The notes beneath the pieces are model-generated. The model searched no databases. It was not told the origin of the DNA and saw nothing but the letters and a program-made list of their open reading frames with translations. From contig JBHGNT010000009.1 of the NCBI GenBank assembly GCA_043228905.1, positions 4,464,001-4,528,000 on the forward strand: a DNA stretch of 64,000 bases, read 5' to 3'. Position 1 is the first letter of the stretch, and every line of letters begins with the position of its first letter. Origin of the DNA: Azolla caroliniana. Lineage: Eukaryota > Plantae > Polypodiophyta. Below are positions 35,559-46,545 of the stretch, piece after piece. Both the position numbers and the translations under genes were made by a program.

Positions 35559-36371
35559 TCAATTAGTAGTGCGATCATTTATGATCACTCGCCCGTCTCG
35601 ATAAAAGGCGCGATGGCCTTCTTTACGAGCTTGCATAACTCGTGGCATACAACTCTTGCAATGCTCAATTTGCATCTTAGTGAGGTCTTCATCGAGATAG
35701 ATGGGGTCCCCACCCATTCCTCGAAGGATTGGTCTCTTCTTAAAGAAAGTGATTCTAGAGTCTAAGTCTTTAAATTGAAGGACTAAGGCTCTCTTCCTAG
35801 TTGTGTCATGCCCGACCCTCCATGCTTTGGTGATAGGTAGGGCCTCTGTATACCCTAACATTTTCCCAAGTGTTTGTGCCTCCTCATTTGGGGATGCACC
35901 TTCCTTGAGCCCAGTGACACGTACATTTAAGTGTCGGGTCTGACGCATTTTCTCTTCTTCAAGGGTGGTATTAACAATATTTTCATCTTTTATTTCTTTT
36001 TTAATGTTTCTTTTAACCACATCTACCCAACCCGTTTTAGCTAACTTTATGTTATTATTAACTTCCTCTTTAACTTTTTTAATTTCGTCCTTTATATCCT
36101 CTATAGAGGATATTTCACCGTCTTCTCGAGATACCTCGATGTCCTTAAGTTGTTTTTTAAGGTCGGTGTTTTCCACTTTAAGTTGTTCTATTTCGGCCTT
36201 GAGGGTGTCTTTTTCCTCTCTATCTTTTTTCTTGTGGGTTTCGGTGTCTTTCACTCATTTTTTCATATCCATCTCTATTTTTGTTAAACGATTAAACATA
36301 TCTAAAAAGTCCTCCTTACTTATAGCCTCGTCTTGTATATCCTTATGTTCCTTAGTTCGTTTAGACGTCAT
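35559..36371 (-). pseudogene. LINE-C ORF1 (coiled coil plus RRM/CTD-like)
   Basis: ATG at 36371, one in-frame stop near 36255. Heptad region, then NVRVTGLKE, RALVLQF, IYLDEDLT. Confidence 0.75.
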
Positions 36372-36868
36372 TGTGGTGTCAATAAGAAAAAAAGGTAAAA
36401 TAAATGGGTTCAAGACTTAGCCGAGTTTGTGTGTATGTCGCAATCACATCGGCATTTTGTAGCACGCGACGAGCACACCAAAAGAACCCACCCACGAACT
36501 CGTCAAGAAAATGGCACTTCACAACGTCAAGAGAAAACGAAGAAGAAACACCCCGCGACGGCGACGGTGACAGCGGCAGTCGTCAAACGACGGTAGACGA
36601 CGGCAGCAGACGGCAGAAGACAGCTGCAGACGGTAGCAGACAGGAGACCGTTGCTTCGATGAACAGAGTTGAGTGAGGCTGCAGACGACGGCGACGGCGA
36701 CGGCAATGACACTAAACGGCGACAGCAATGGCAGAGAGAGCCGTGACACAGAGACGAGGAAGCGAGAGAGAGAGAGAGAGAGAGCAGACGGCGACGGTTG
36801 CAGCGGCGGCAGACAACGGTTGCAGACGACGGCGATGACAGCGATAGCAACGGTAGAGAGAGCCGTTA

Positions 36869-36902
<34 letters not shown>

Positions 36903-38191
36903 AATATGCCATCAGGGGTCTGGATCACCTCGATCCCAAGAAAATAATGAAGGTTCCCCAAGTTCTCATTTCAAATGCGTCCGACAACTGGAACTTCACT
37001 CTGCCGATTTCATCCAGTCCGGGTCCGGTGATGACTAAAACATCAACATATAGCAGGATACAAACCGAACCATCCAGACCTTTCCGGATGAACATTGACG
37101 AGTCGGACTTTGAGGCTTGCTTCAGACCGTAAAGCAACTTCTTGAGTTGACACACTGCCGACTTGTTCATCTCTGATTAGAAACCGGGGGGTTGGATTGC
37201 AGATCTTGAAGCCTCTGGTAGTTGACGTGCCCGATCCAATCTTCTGTCCTTTGGCAAACATGGTTGTGCCGACGTCATTTGTGTTGAGGATGAACATTCT
37301 CCCTTCTTTGCTCCCTTGTGTGATTATCCGACCTTCTTCCTTGATGAAGCACCCGAGGTGCGTAAACCGCACCTGCATTCCCTGGTCGACGATTTGTCTG
37401 ACAGACACCAGGTTCTTTGTGATTGTTGGAACATGTAGTACGTTCATCAGCTTTCCCTTTTGTCCAACATGGCTTAAAGGGACTTCTCCGACATGCACAA
37501 TCGGGTGAGGGGTGTCATCTCCAATTTTGACGATTCCCGGTTGTTCCGGTTTCTCCAAAAATGAGAACCACTCTTCGTTGCTCGTCATGTCGTTTGACGC
37601 TCCGGAATCAACATACCCTACTTCCTCCGATCCGGAAGTGGTCTTCTTCATTGAGTACGCCTTGTGCTTCATCATGAAGGCTGGCCCTTTTCCGATCTTC
37701 CCGGTTCTAGATCCTTCCGATCCTTCTGCGTAGTGCGAGCTTTAGTCCAGCCTTGCCGGATCTAACTTTATCCGAATCGGCATGCTTCTTTGTAAACGTG
37801 AGTGTTTGCAGAAGCGTAAAACAGAGAACAACACACAAAGAGAGAGAAAGAGAGAGAGACAGAGAGAGTAGAACACAATTTCAAAATTATTTCGAGACTC
37901 TACATACACACTGTGCTAAGTAGCACTATTTATACAAGTCCTCTTGGGACTGACAGAAGTACCATGTACTTCAATGCTCACATGAGCATCTGACACTTAC
38001 TACGAGACTATAGCTACCTAGTAGTCTATCCTATACTAGGCTTCCGATTGGACTTCCGGTTACGGATTGCACCCGGTCTCCACTGCTTGCCGGTTCGGTT
38101 GCTCATTGTCATACCGATCCGTTTCGCTCGATCCGTCTCGCTTACCGGCTCCGGCTTATTCAGCCGATCCGGCTCCGGTTGAGCTTGCCGC

Positions 38192-40824
38192 TCAACACTC
38201 CCCCTCAAGCTCAACCTGAGGTGGGGTCGTAGTGTCGACCTCTGTGGCAGTCGGTTCTTCCAACCGACTTCTCCTGGCGTCACTCCGCCTTGCTCGCGCT
38301 CCTTGTCCGGTCCGGTCCCGTTTGCCGCGACCCCTTTGGTTTTGCGCGCCTCGACCCTCTCGGTCGGCATGTCTGCTCAATAGGCCCATCTCAGCACTCA
38401 CGTTGTTGTGACTCCGGCACTTGCCGATCCGTCGGTTCTCCCACGATGGCATCGACTTCCGCTGTGTCCGTGTCCCCTTGGCCTTCAGTCGATCCGACTC
38501 ATCCGGATCCATCTGTTGATCCGAGTCAGCTGTCTCCGACTCGTTCCAGCTCTTGTCCGAATCGGTACACTCCGATTCGACTTCCGGCTTCAGGCCTCTC
38601 ACCACATCGGACCACTTCCGAGTCTTGGCCTTCTCCATGCTTCCCTCGGCTTCTTCAGCCGGTGAACCGAAATCGAATTCTTCATTCGACTCTACATCAT
38701 GGTCAGTACCGTCATGATGACCTCCACACAGCATGCACTTCTCTTCCCGAGTGCACAACTCTTCTTCACATCCGCTTGCTCCGACCTGTTTGGATGTGTC
38801 AACTTCCTTTGTCGACTCGGCTTCCTTCATCTTCTTGTCTCCTCTTCTTCCGGCACTCCTCTTACCGACGGGTTCAACAGTTTTTTGGCCTTTGCCCGTT
38901 TCGGTAGAGACTTTGCCCTTGCTTCTCCCCCTCAAGTGCGGCACGTCGAGATGCTGAATACCAAGCATGTCGGTAAAGTGCTGCAACTTGTCCGATCTGA
39001 GCGGCTTGGTGAAGATGTCGGCAACTTGCCGATCCGTATGAACATACCGTAGGTCAACTTCACCGCTCAGGACCCACTCACGCACGAAGTGGTAGTGCAC
39101 CTCGATGTGCTTTGTGCGAGCATGGAACACAGGGTTCCTGGCGAGCTGCAGGCTGCTCATGTTATCGCAGTAAATCGGGATTGGGGTCGATACCTCGATC
39201 CGCAAGTCTCGCAGCAGTCGCTGAAGCCAGATGGCTTCACAAGTGGCAACGGTAGCGGCCCGGTACTCAGCCTCAGTGCTTGACAAAGCCACTGTGGGTT
39301 GCTTCTTGCTGCTCCACGCAACGGCCGCGCTACCTATGGAGAACATGTATCCGGAAGTGGAGCGGCGATCAGACGCATCGCCGGCCCAGTCAGCATCTGT
39401 GTAACCGACAAGCTCTTCGGGTATACCTCGCCGGTATAGCAGTCCCCGGTCCTTAGTGCCGCTGACATACCGTAATATTCGTTGCGCGCACTGAAGGTGC
39501 TCCACGGTCGGCTTCTACATGAACTGACTTACCATGCCGACCGGATAGCTGATGTCGGGTCGGGTGATGGTTAAGTAGATCAGGCTTCTGACAACCTGTC
39601 GGAACCATTTCTCATTGCAGGTCGGTCCGGAGTTGGGACGGAGCTTCTGGTTCCGGTCCAGGGGTGTGGAGACAGGTCGGCAATCCGTCATTCCGAACTT
39701 ATACAGCATATTCAACACGTAATGTCGTTGTGAGAGCAATATGCCGTCGGGGGTCCGGATCACTTCGATCCCAAGAAAATAATGAACGTCCGACAACTGG
39801 GACTTGACGCGGTTGATTTCGGGAAGACCCGGTCCTGTGATGACTAAATCATCCACATACAAGAGTATACATACCGGACCGTCAGAGCCTTGCTGGATGA
39901 ACAACGAAGAGTCTAACTTAGAGACAGCAAACCCCAGCTTATGCAACCGGTGCGTGATCTTTGCATTCCAAGCTCGGGGGGCTTGCTTCAAGCCGTAAAG
40001 CGACTTCTTCAGTCGGCATACCGCCGACTTGTTCATCTCCGATTGAAATCCGGGGGGCTGAGTCATAAAGACTTCTTCTTCAAGCTCTCCTTGAAGGAAG
40101 GCGTTCTTCACATCCATCTGGTGAAGATGCCACCCCCTTGCCGCAGCAACCGCCAGTACCACACGAACCGTCGTCATCTTTGCCACAGGAGCGAAGGTCT
40201 CATCGTAGTCGATTCCGTGGGTCTGCGCGTATCCCTTCGCCACTAACCGGGCTTTGTACCGGTTAACAGAACCTTCGGCATTGTACTTGACCTTGTACAC
40301 CCACTTGCATCCGATCAGTTTACAGTGACGGGGAGGATCAACTAGGTCCCAAGTTTCGTTGGCATCGAGTGCCCGCATTTCTTCGTCCATAGCGGCACGC
40401 CAATTTGCGTCCTTTGCCGCTTCTACGTAGCTCTCCGGCTCACGCACTTCTGTCACCTTAGTCATGTACGCATAATGATGCGCCATGTATTCATTGTACC
40501 CGTACCGCATGACGGGATCCTTCTGGCGGGTTGATCGACGCAACGCACCGTCACCTGATTTAAGGCCCTTCTTGGCCAGTTCGGTCTTCGTTGCCGAAGA
40601 TCCGCCTTTCTCCTTTCCGGAGTCGGATACGCACCGATCCGACTCATCGTTGCCGGTTTCGAATTCCGGCATCTTCCTCTTCCCCTTCTCTTTGCGCGTG
40701 AAGCGTTTCCTTGGTTCCTTGCGCGGGGAGAGCACGGCACAGTCTCCACCACTTGCCGTCTCTTCATCCGACTGGTCCAACCGACTCAATCGCTCGTTCG
40801 GTCCACTCAACCGTAATGATTCCG
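38192..40824 (-). pseudogene. E3 RT, RNase H and C-terminal extension
   Basis: [32 protein letters not shown]; one stop at 39515-39517 and a small in-frame deletion. Confidence 0.93.
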
Positions 40825-41462
40825 TGTTGGGATTACGGTCCCTTCGGATGGGATGGTCGGATGTCGGAGATGAATGCCGACGAGCCCGGTTTCGGTTTCG
40901 GATCCGGATGACGAAGACCCCGGTTTCGGTGCCGGATGACGAATGTACCCGGAGAGCGATCCGGATGCAGGGACATATCCGTGAATATGTTCGCTATGGG
41001 CCCCTGAGGCTATAGTTGTAAATAGCCCAAAGTCATATAAGTATAAATATGACTTAGGGCAAACAGTCTTAGTGTTGCTGATCATTTTTTCTGTTTTTCC
41101 ACTCTAGAGGAGTGAAGAGAGAGCAGCCGTGAGAGAGAGAGAGAGATAGAGCGCGAGAGAGGAAGAGGTAGACGCCTCTGTGTATTTCCGCCGCCTGTGG
41201 CGAGGACAGCGAGCTCAAGGTCGTCGCCTTGCAGCTCGTCATTGTATACTTCTCTGTATGGTGTTGGTTTGGAGTCTTGTACTCCCGTGGTTTTTCCCGT
41301 CTAGGGTTTTCCACGTTAATCGCTGTGTATCCGTGTTCTTTTCTCTGTGTTTCCGATTTTCTACTGCATTGATTCGCGATTACTTGGTTGTGGCCGAGTG
41401 GTGAAGGTGAATAGAAGCGTCTATTCCTTACAAACTGGTATCAGAGCGGGCTGCTGCAGAAA

Positions 41463-43021
41463 ATGGAAGGCGGCGGCAGCGAGCAGCCGGGGATGATGGT
41501 GCTGAATGCACAGAATTACGCCGACTGGAAGATCAAGATGGAAGATCTTCTGATTGTTCGGGACCTGTACGAACCGATTGACAGGTCGGAAATACCGAAA
41601 GGGGTACTTGAGTCGGAATGGAGGCTTCTGAACCGGAAAGCCGTTGCAACCGTTCGGCAATACGTCGACGTGAGCGTCCTACAACATGTGGCAAACGACA
41701 CCAACGCATACGAGATGTGGAAGAAGCTGTCGGGCCTCTACGAGAGGAAGAATGCGTTGAATCGGACCTCCCTGATGAGGAAGATAGTGAATCTCAAGTA
41801 CCGGGACGGCGAGAGTATGGTGGAACACGTAAGCACGTTCATGGGATTCGTGAATCAGCTTGCGGCGATCAGGTTCCCGTTGGAGGATGCAATGCAAGCC
41901 ATCATCCTGATGTGTACACTGCCGGAAAGCTGGGAGAACTTGGTGGTGACTCTCAGCACCTCCTGCATAGAAGATAACTTGTCCTTACAAACGGTAAAGA
42001 CAAGTATTTTGAACGAAGAAGCGCGTCGGAAAGATAAAGAACCGGCCTCCGACTCGAAGGCGCTGCTTACCGAATCGGATCGGGGAAGACAATGGAACCA
42101 GAGTCCGCAAAGACGGGAGAAGTCGGGGACCCGGTCGCAGTCAAGAGGAAGGCCCACATGCTTCTACTGTGGGAAGCCGGGGCACTTCCGAAAGAATTGT
42201 CGGCATTACCGAAAAGACAACGGAGCCGACGACACCGATTCGAAGAAGTCTTCGGAACGGAACGGGACTTACCGGGGAGCCACGGACCGGAATGGTTCGG
42301 ATCGGCGAGGGCAGGACCGGAAAGGAACGACGACACTCGCGGCAAGTGAAGAGGAGATCATGCTCATCACCGAAGAAGGTGAACTAAACATTGCCGGCGA
42401 TGAGACGACCTGGGTGGTCGATTCCGGAGCATCGTTCCACCTGACCCCGGAGAGAAGATACTTCTCATCCTACACAGCCGGTGAGCATGGCTGTGTTCGG
42501 ATGGGAAATGAAGGTACGTGCCGGATTGCCGGCATCGGAGACGTGTGGTTGACAACCCCGACCGGATGCAAAATGCTGCTGAAGGATGTCCGACACGTTC
42601 CGGAGGTTCGATTGAACCTGATTTCGGCCGGGAGGCTAGACGATGAAGGCTACACAGGTAGCATCCGGAACGGCGTAATGAAGTTCAGCAAGGGGAGCCT
42701 GATAGTGGCTCGGGCCCGGAAAGTCAACACACTGTACCTTATGAATGCCCGGTTATGTCCTGAAGAGCTGAATGTGGCAGCTGACACTGTCGGTGAGCTG
42801 TGGCACAAAAGACTGTGTCACATGAGTGAGAAGGGGATGAAGAGGCTTGCAGAAGACAACCTCATTCCAGTGAAGCATGTGCACCTGGAGAAGTGCACCG
42901 ATTGCCTGGCTGGTAAGCAGAACCGAACCTCCTTCCACTCAAGGCCACCGACGAGACGTAGCGCACCATTGGAGTTGGTGCACACTGATGTGTGTCAGGT
43001 AGAAACGAAGTCACATGGCGG
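41463..43021 (+). CDS. E5 gag-pol, 5' part (gag, knuckle, protease, integrase N-terminus)
   Basis: CFYCGKPGHFRKNC, WVVDSGASFH, LWHKRLCH...CTDC. Rejoins 46546 in frame (KSHGG|AQYFVTFIDD). Confidence 0.93.
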
Positions 43022-43149
43022 TGTCGTGACGATTTTTGGCTACGGTGTGAAACCGAGTGAGACGAATAAACCAAGGATGTGCAACATTGCACATACACTT
43101 AGCAAATAAGCCTCCTAAGGCCTAGTGGCACTTGAGTTCATACAGAGGG

Positions 43150-43218
43150 GTGCAAGCAAGGTTTGAACCTTGCACCTCTAAGATACAAGATAATTGCCTT
43201 ACCACTAGGACAACTATC
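43150..43218 (-). promoter_or_regulatory. tRNA-like Pol III cassette in U3 of element D (copy at 46021-46089)
   Basis: Minus strand TGTCCTAGTGGTAAGG...AGAGGT GCAAGG-TTCAAA-CCTTGC (B-box inside a perfect T-arm-like hairpin). Confidence 0.7.
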
Positions 43219-43714
43219 ATATAGTGTAGATGTTATGTATTTCCTTTTCATATACAAATTATAGACGAAACAACCATAGAAAACCATGTGCACAAAACCA
43301 TGGTTTTAAACCCATGGTTTGTGCATGACATAAGCAAAACCGTGTGCACAAAACCATGGTTTTAGCCCATGGTTTTGTGCATGTCACGAGCATGGAAAGA
43401 CCTATAAAAGCCTCTAGTTGGGCTTGTGTAAGGGGGGCTCAATATGTGATATCACCAACACCACTATCATCAATATAATTATATTTGTCTTTATCTTCTT
43501 CATGTTTTTCTACTTCTCAAGTGTACAATTTTTCTCCTTCTCAAGTAAACCAATTTCATCTAATCTTACATTAATCGTCATCTAGCATCGATAATTCCGC
43601 GAACGTCCTCCCCAGTCCAAGACCCCGGTGGTCGCTCGAGTAGCACACGCACGCGCGAATCTTCGCGACATCATTTGGTGAACCCGATGTGAAGAGCTGC
43701 AGGGGAGGACGAAG

Positions 43715-45592
43715 ATGGATGGCGAATATCTCATGGAGGCAATGTCAAGAAGGATGATGGAGTTTCTGAGAGAAGGGAAAAGAAGAAATGAAGCCCAACA
43801 AGCCGTCGACAAGGTAGTCGAACGAATGAGTTATTTCAACGGTGCCGAAGTCCAAAGTTTCCTAAAAGTCTACAATGCGGAGATGGATTCAAGAGGTGTG
43901 GACAAAGCTATGAGGCTAGAGTACTTTTGTCGGGTGGTGTCTCAACCAATCTTCAAAGATGTAAAAGAGCTTCTAGAAGCTCATGATTCGTGGGCGACTT
44001 TCGAGAAGGCTCTATTGGAGGAATATGGCTATGAGAGACTGAAGGGACAAGATCGACGCATTTTCGACCAATGGGTGACATCAGCGAAGACCCACCAAGG
44101 TGCGACACAAGCATTCGTAGACTTCGAGCATCATTTTTCTCAATTGTCGGAGCGGGAACAAAGATTGGTGGGGGTCGATAAGGTCCTTATGTTCGTGAAG
44201 TCAATCGATCGAATGGAAAGGATGGCGATCGGCCTCAAACTCGAAGAAGATGATGGTGCAAATGGCCTCATCGAGGATTGGAGCAAAGTGGAAAGTGTAT
44301 GCCGACTACACGATAAGGGGCAAGCGAGAATATCGATGACAACAAGACGGCCCATGAGGGACGATCGAAGAGGGACGAGATGCAACAACGCACCACCAAC
44401 AAAAGAAATGAAGCTTAGAAGGGAGACAAAACCGAGGCGAATGGTGATCGAGGAAGAAGAGACCTCCCAACAAATGCGGGTTAATGAAGTGGCCGATACA
44501 AAGGCTCTGGTTCGGTATGACGGTACCGAGAGAGAAGGTGTGAAACAAGTCACCTTCTTGTCTTACAAAGAAACGACGGCGAAGGAGGAGGCCGATGACT
44601 CGAGGACGGCGAACGCCACTTCGAGGGAGGATAAATGTTTCGGAACACGCATTGTGTACGAAACATCGGGTGATGACGGCGCAAGCATGAGAAAAGCTTG
44701 CATGATCGAGGGAGAAAAAGTGTTTGAGTCTGAAGAGATTGAGGAGGTAGCCATGACAAACGACATCGAGTCGGAGGTGGCTATGGATCAGTCGACGACG
44801 GATAGCCATGTCGACACTTTCTTCACGCTTGTTCCAGAGACTTCAGCGGTTGCGCCCATGTGCCAACGTGAGACCGGAGAGACGGAAGGTGGTGACGGGA
44901 AGACGAAGGCCCAACACAAGGAGGAAGAAGATCGAGGAAGAAAGGATATCCCCACACCTATTCTAGAGACTTCGGCGGTTGTGCACGTGCACCAACGTGA
45001 GACCGAAGAGACAGAATGTGTGGACAAAAAAGAGGACGACCGGAAGGGCGATGAAGAAGACAAGGTAAATGTAAATGAACGAAGGGATTCCTTCACACTG
45101 GTTCCGGAGACTTCGGCAGTCGAGACCGTGTGTCGACATAAGACCGAAGATAAAGGAGGTGGCGAAGAGGAGACAATATGGCTCGAGGCGAGCATACACG
45201 GAGGGAAGGATATGGCCGACGTGGAGGCCAAGGATGAAGCTGCGGTTGAGTTCGATGGAGAGGTTGCATGCGGGAAGGAAGGAAGAGTCGAGAACCGGTT
45301 GAACCGGAAGACGATCCGGCCGGGATTCCGACCCGAACGAAGGAAGATCCACATGGGAGCCGATCGACCGGGGCCGACCCGGCCGAAACCTGATTCGGCG
45401 AAAATCGATCGGACGATTCCGATCCAAAAGGGGGCCAACCCAGCCAGAATCAATCGGTCGAGCCCGACTCGGGGAAATGTGAATGCAGACGAAGGCCAAC
45501 CAAGCCAAGAAGCGTCGGTGCAGACCGATCCGGACAAGGGCAAACCCGGCCTAATCGGAGATCGACACGAACGATCTACAATACCCAGTTGA
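43715..45592 (+). CDS. Gag-like protein homologous to the element A ORF
   Basis: Shares KGQDRR.FD.WV.S.KTHQ.ATQAF, DKVLMFVKSIDR and repeated ETSAV...QRET.ETE units with the ORF at 1473-3434. Confidence 0.8.
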   Translation: MDGEYLMEAMSRRMMEFLREGKRRNEAQQAVDKVVERMSYFNGAEVQSFLKVYNAEMDSRGVDKAMRLEYFCRVVSQPIFKDVKELLEAHDSWATFEKALLEEYGYERLKGQDRRIFDQWVTSAKTHQGATQAFVDFEHHFSQLSEREQRLVGVDKVLMFVKSIDRMERMAIGLKLEEDDGANGLIEDWSKVESVCRLHDKGQARISMTTRRPMRDDRRGTRCNNAPPTKEMKLRRETKPRRMVIEEEETSQQMRVNEVADTKALVRYDGTEREGVKQVTFLSYKETTAKEEADDSRTANATSREDKCFGTRIVYETSGDDGASMRKACMIEGEKVFESEEIEEVAMTNDIESEVAMDQSTTDSHVDTFFTLVPETSAVAPMCQRETGETEGGDGKTKAQHKEEEDRGRKDIPTPILETSAVVHVHQRETEETECVDKKEDDRKGDEEDKVNVNERRDSFTLVPETSAVETVCRHKTEDKGGGEEETIWLEASIHGGKDMADVEAKDEAAVEFDGEVACGKEGRVENRLNRKTIRPGFRPERRKIHMGADRPGPTRPKPDSAKIDRTIPIQKGANPARINRSSPTRGNVNADEGQPSQEASVQTDPDKGKPGLIGDRHERSTIPS

Positions 45593-46545
45593 AGACGGTG
45601 AGCGTGAGGAGTGGTCAGGAGTCCAATCGAAGGACACGCGCGGTGGACGAAGGAAGAGCGGTCGTATCGACGACATCGTTCGGTAGATCTACTACAACCG
45701 ATCGGGGAAGAAGGTGTGAGTGCCGGATATGGTGGATCGGGTGGCTATGGTGGTTCGGTTGGAAAGATTGCGCATACTCGAAGTGGAAGACGAAGTCAGA
45801 CGAGGAACTCGGTTGATCACCGTTGCCAAAGATCTCACCTCTTCACCTTTCTCGGCACATACCGGAGGATGTGCGGGTTTGGTGGGGGTGGATGTCGTGA
45901 CGATTTTTGGCTACGGTGTGAAACCGAGTGAGACGAATAAACCAAGGATGTGCAACATTGCACATACACTTAGCAAATAAGCCTCCTAAGGCCTAGTGGC
46001 ACTTGAGTTCATACAGAGGGGTGCAAGCAAGGTTTGAACCTTGCACCTCTAAGATACAAGATAATTGCCTTACCACTAGGACAACTATCATATAGTGTAG
46101 ATGTTATGTATTTCCTTTTCATATACAAATTATAGACGAAACAACCATAGAAAACCATGTGCACAAAACCATGGTTTTAAACCCATGGTTTGTGCATGAC
46201 ATAAGCAAAACCGTGTGCACAAAACCATGGTTTTAGCCCATGGTTTTGTGCATGTCACGAGCATGGAAAGACCTATAAAAGCCTCTAGTTGGGCTTGTGT
46301 AAGGGGGGCTCAATATGTGATATCACCAACACCACTATCATCAATATAATTATATTTGTCTTTATCTTCTTCATGTTTTTCTACTTCTCAAGTGTACAAT
46401 TTTTCTCCTTCTCAAGTAAACCAATTTCATCTAATCTTACATTAATCGTCATCTAGCATCGATAATTCCGCGAACGTCCTCCCCAGTCCAAGACCCCGGT
46501 GGTCGCTCGAGTAGCACACGCACGCGCGAATCTTCGTGACAGCGG

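Larger units (their letters stand above)
15993..36900 (-). mobile_element. RTEX-like LINE (LINE-C), near full length, inserted in E4 RT; Copia E2 sits in its 3' UTR
   Basis: (CT)n-rich 5' UTR ~36400-36900, ORF1, ORF2, and a 3' UTR split by the E2 TSD AGTAT. The (CTTT)n tail is at ~15993-16011. Confidence 0.8.
43022..46541 (+). mobile_element. Gag-only non-autonomous Gypsy-family LTR element D (TR-GAG-like)
   Basis: 649-bp LTRs 43022-43670 and 45893-46541 (1 mismatch seen). TSD GCGG; tRNA-Trp PBS 43676-43692. Confidence 0.94.

Noticed and set aside
817-46089. tRNA-like segments as functional tRNA genes
   Set aside because: Acceptor and anticodon stems do not pair; only the promoter boxes, their spacing and some D/T-arm pairing are kept.
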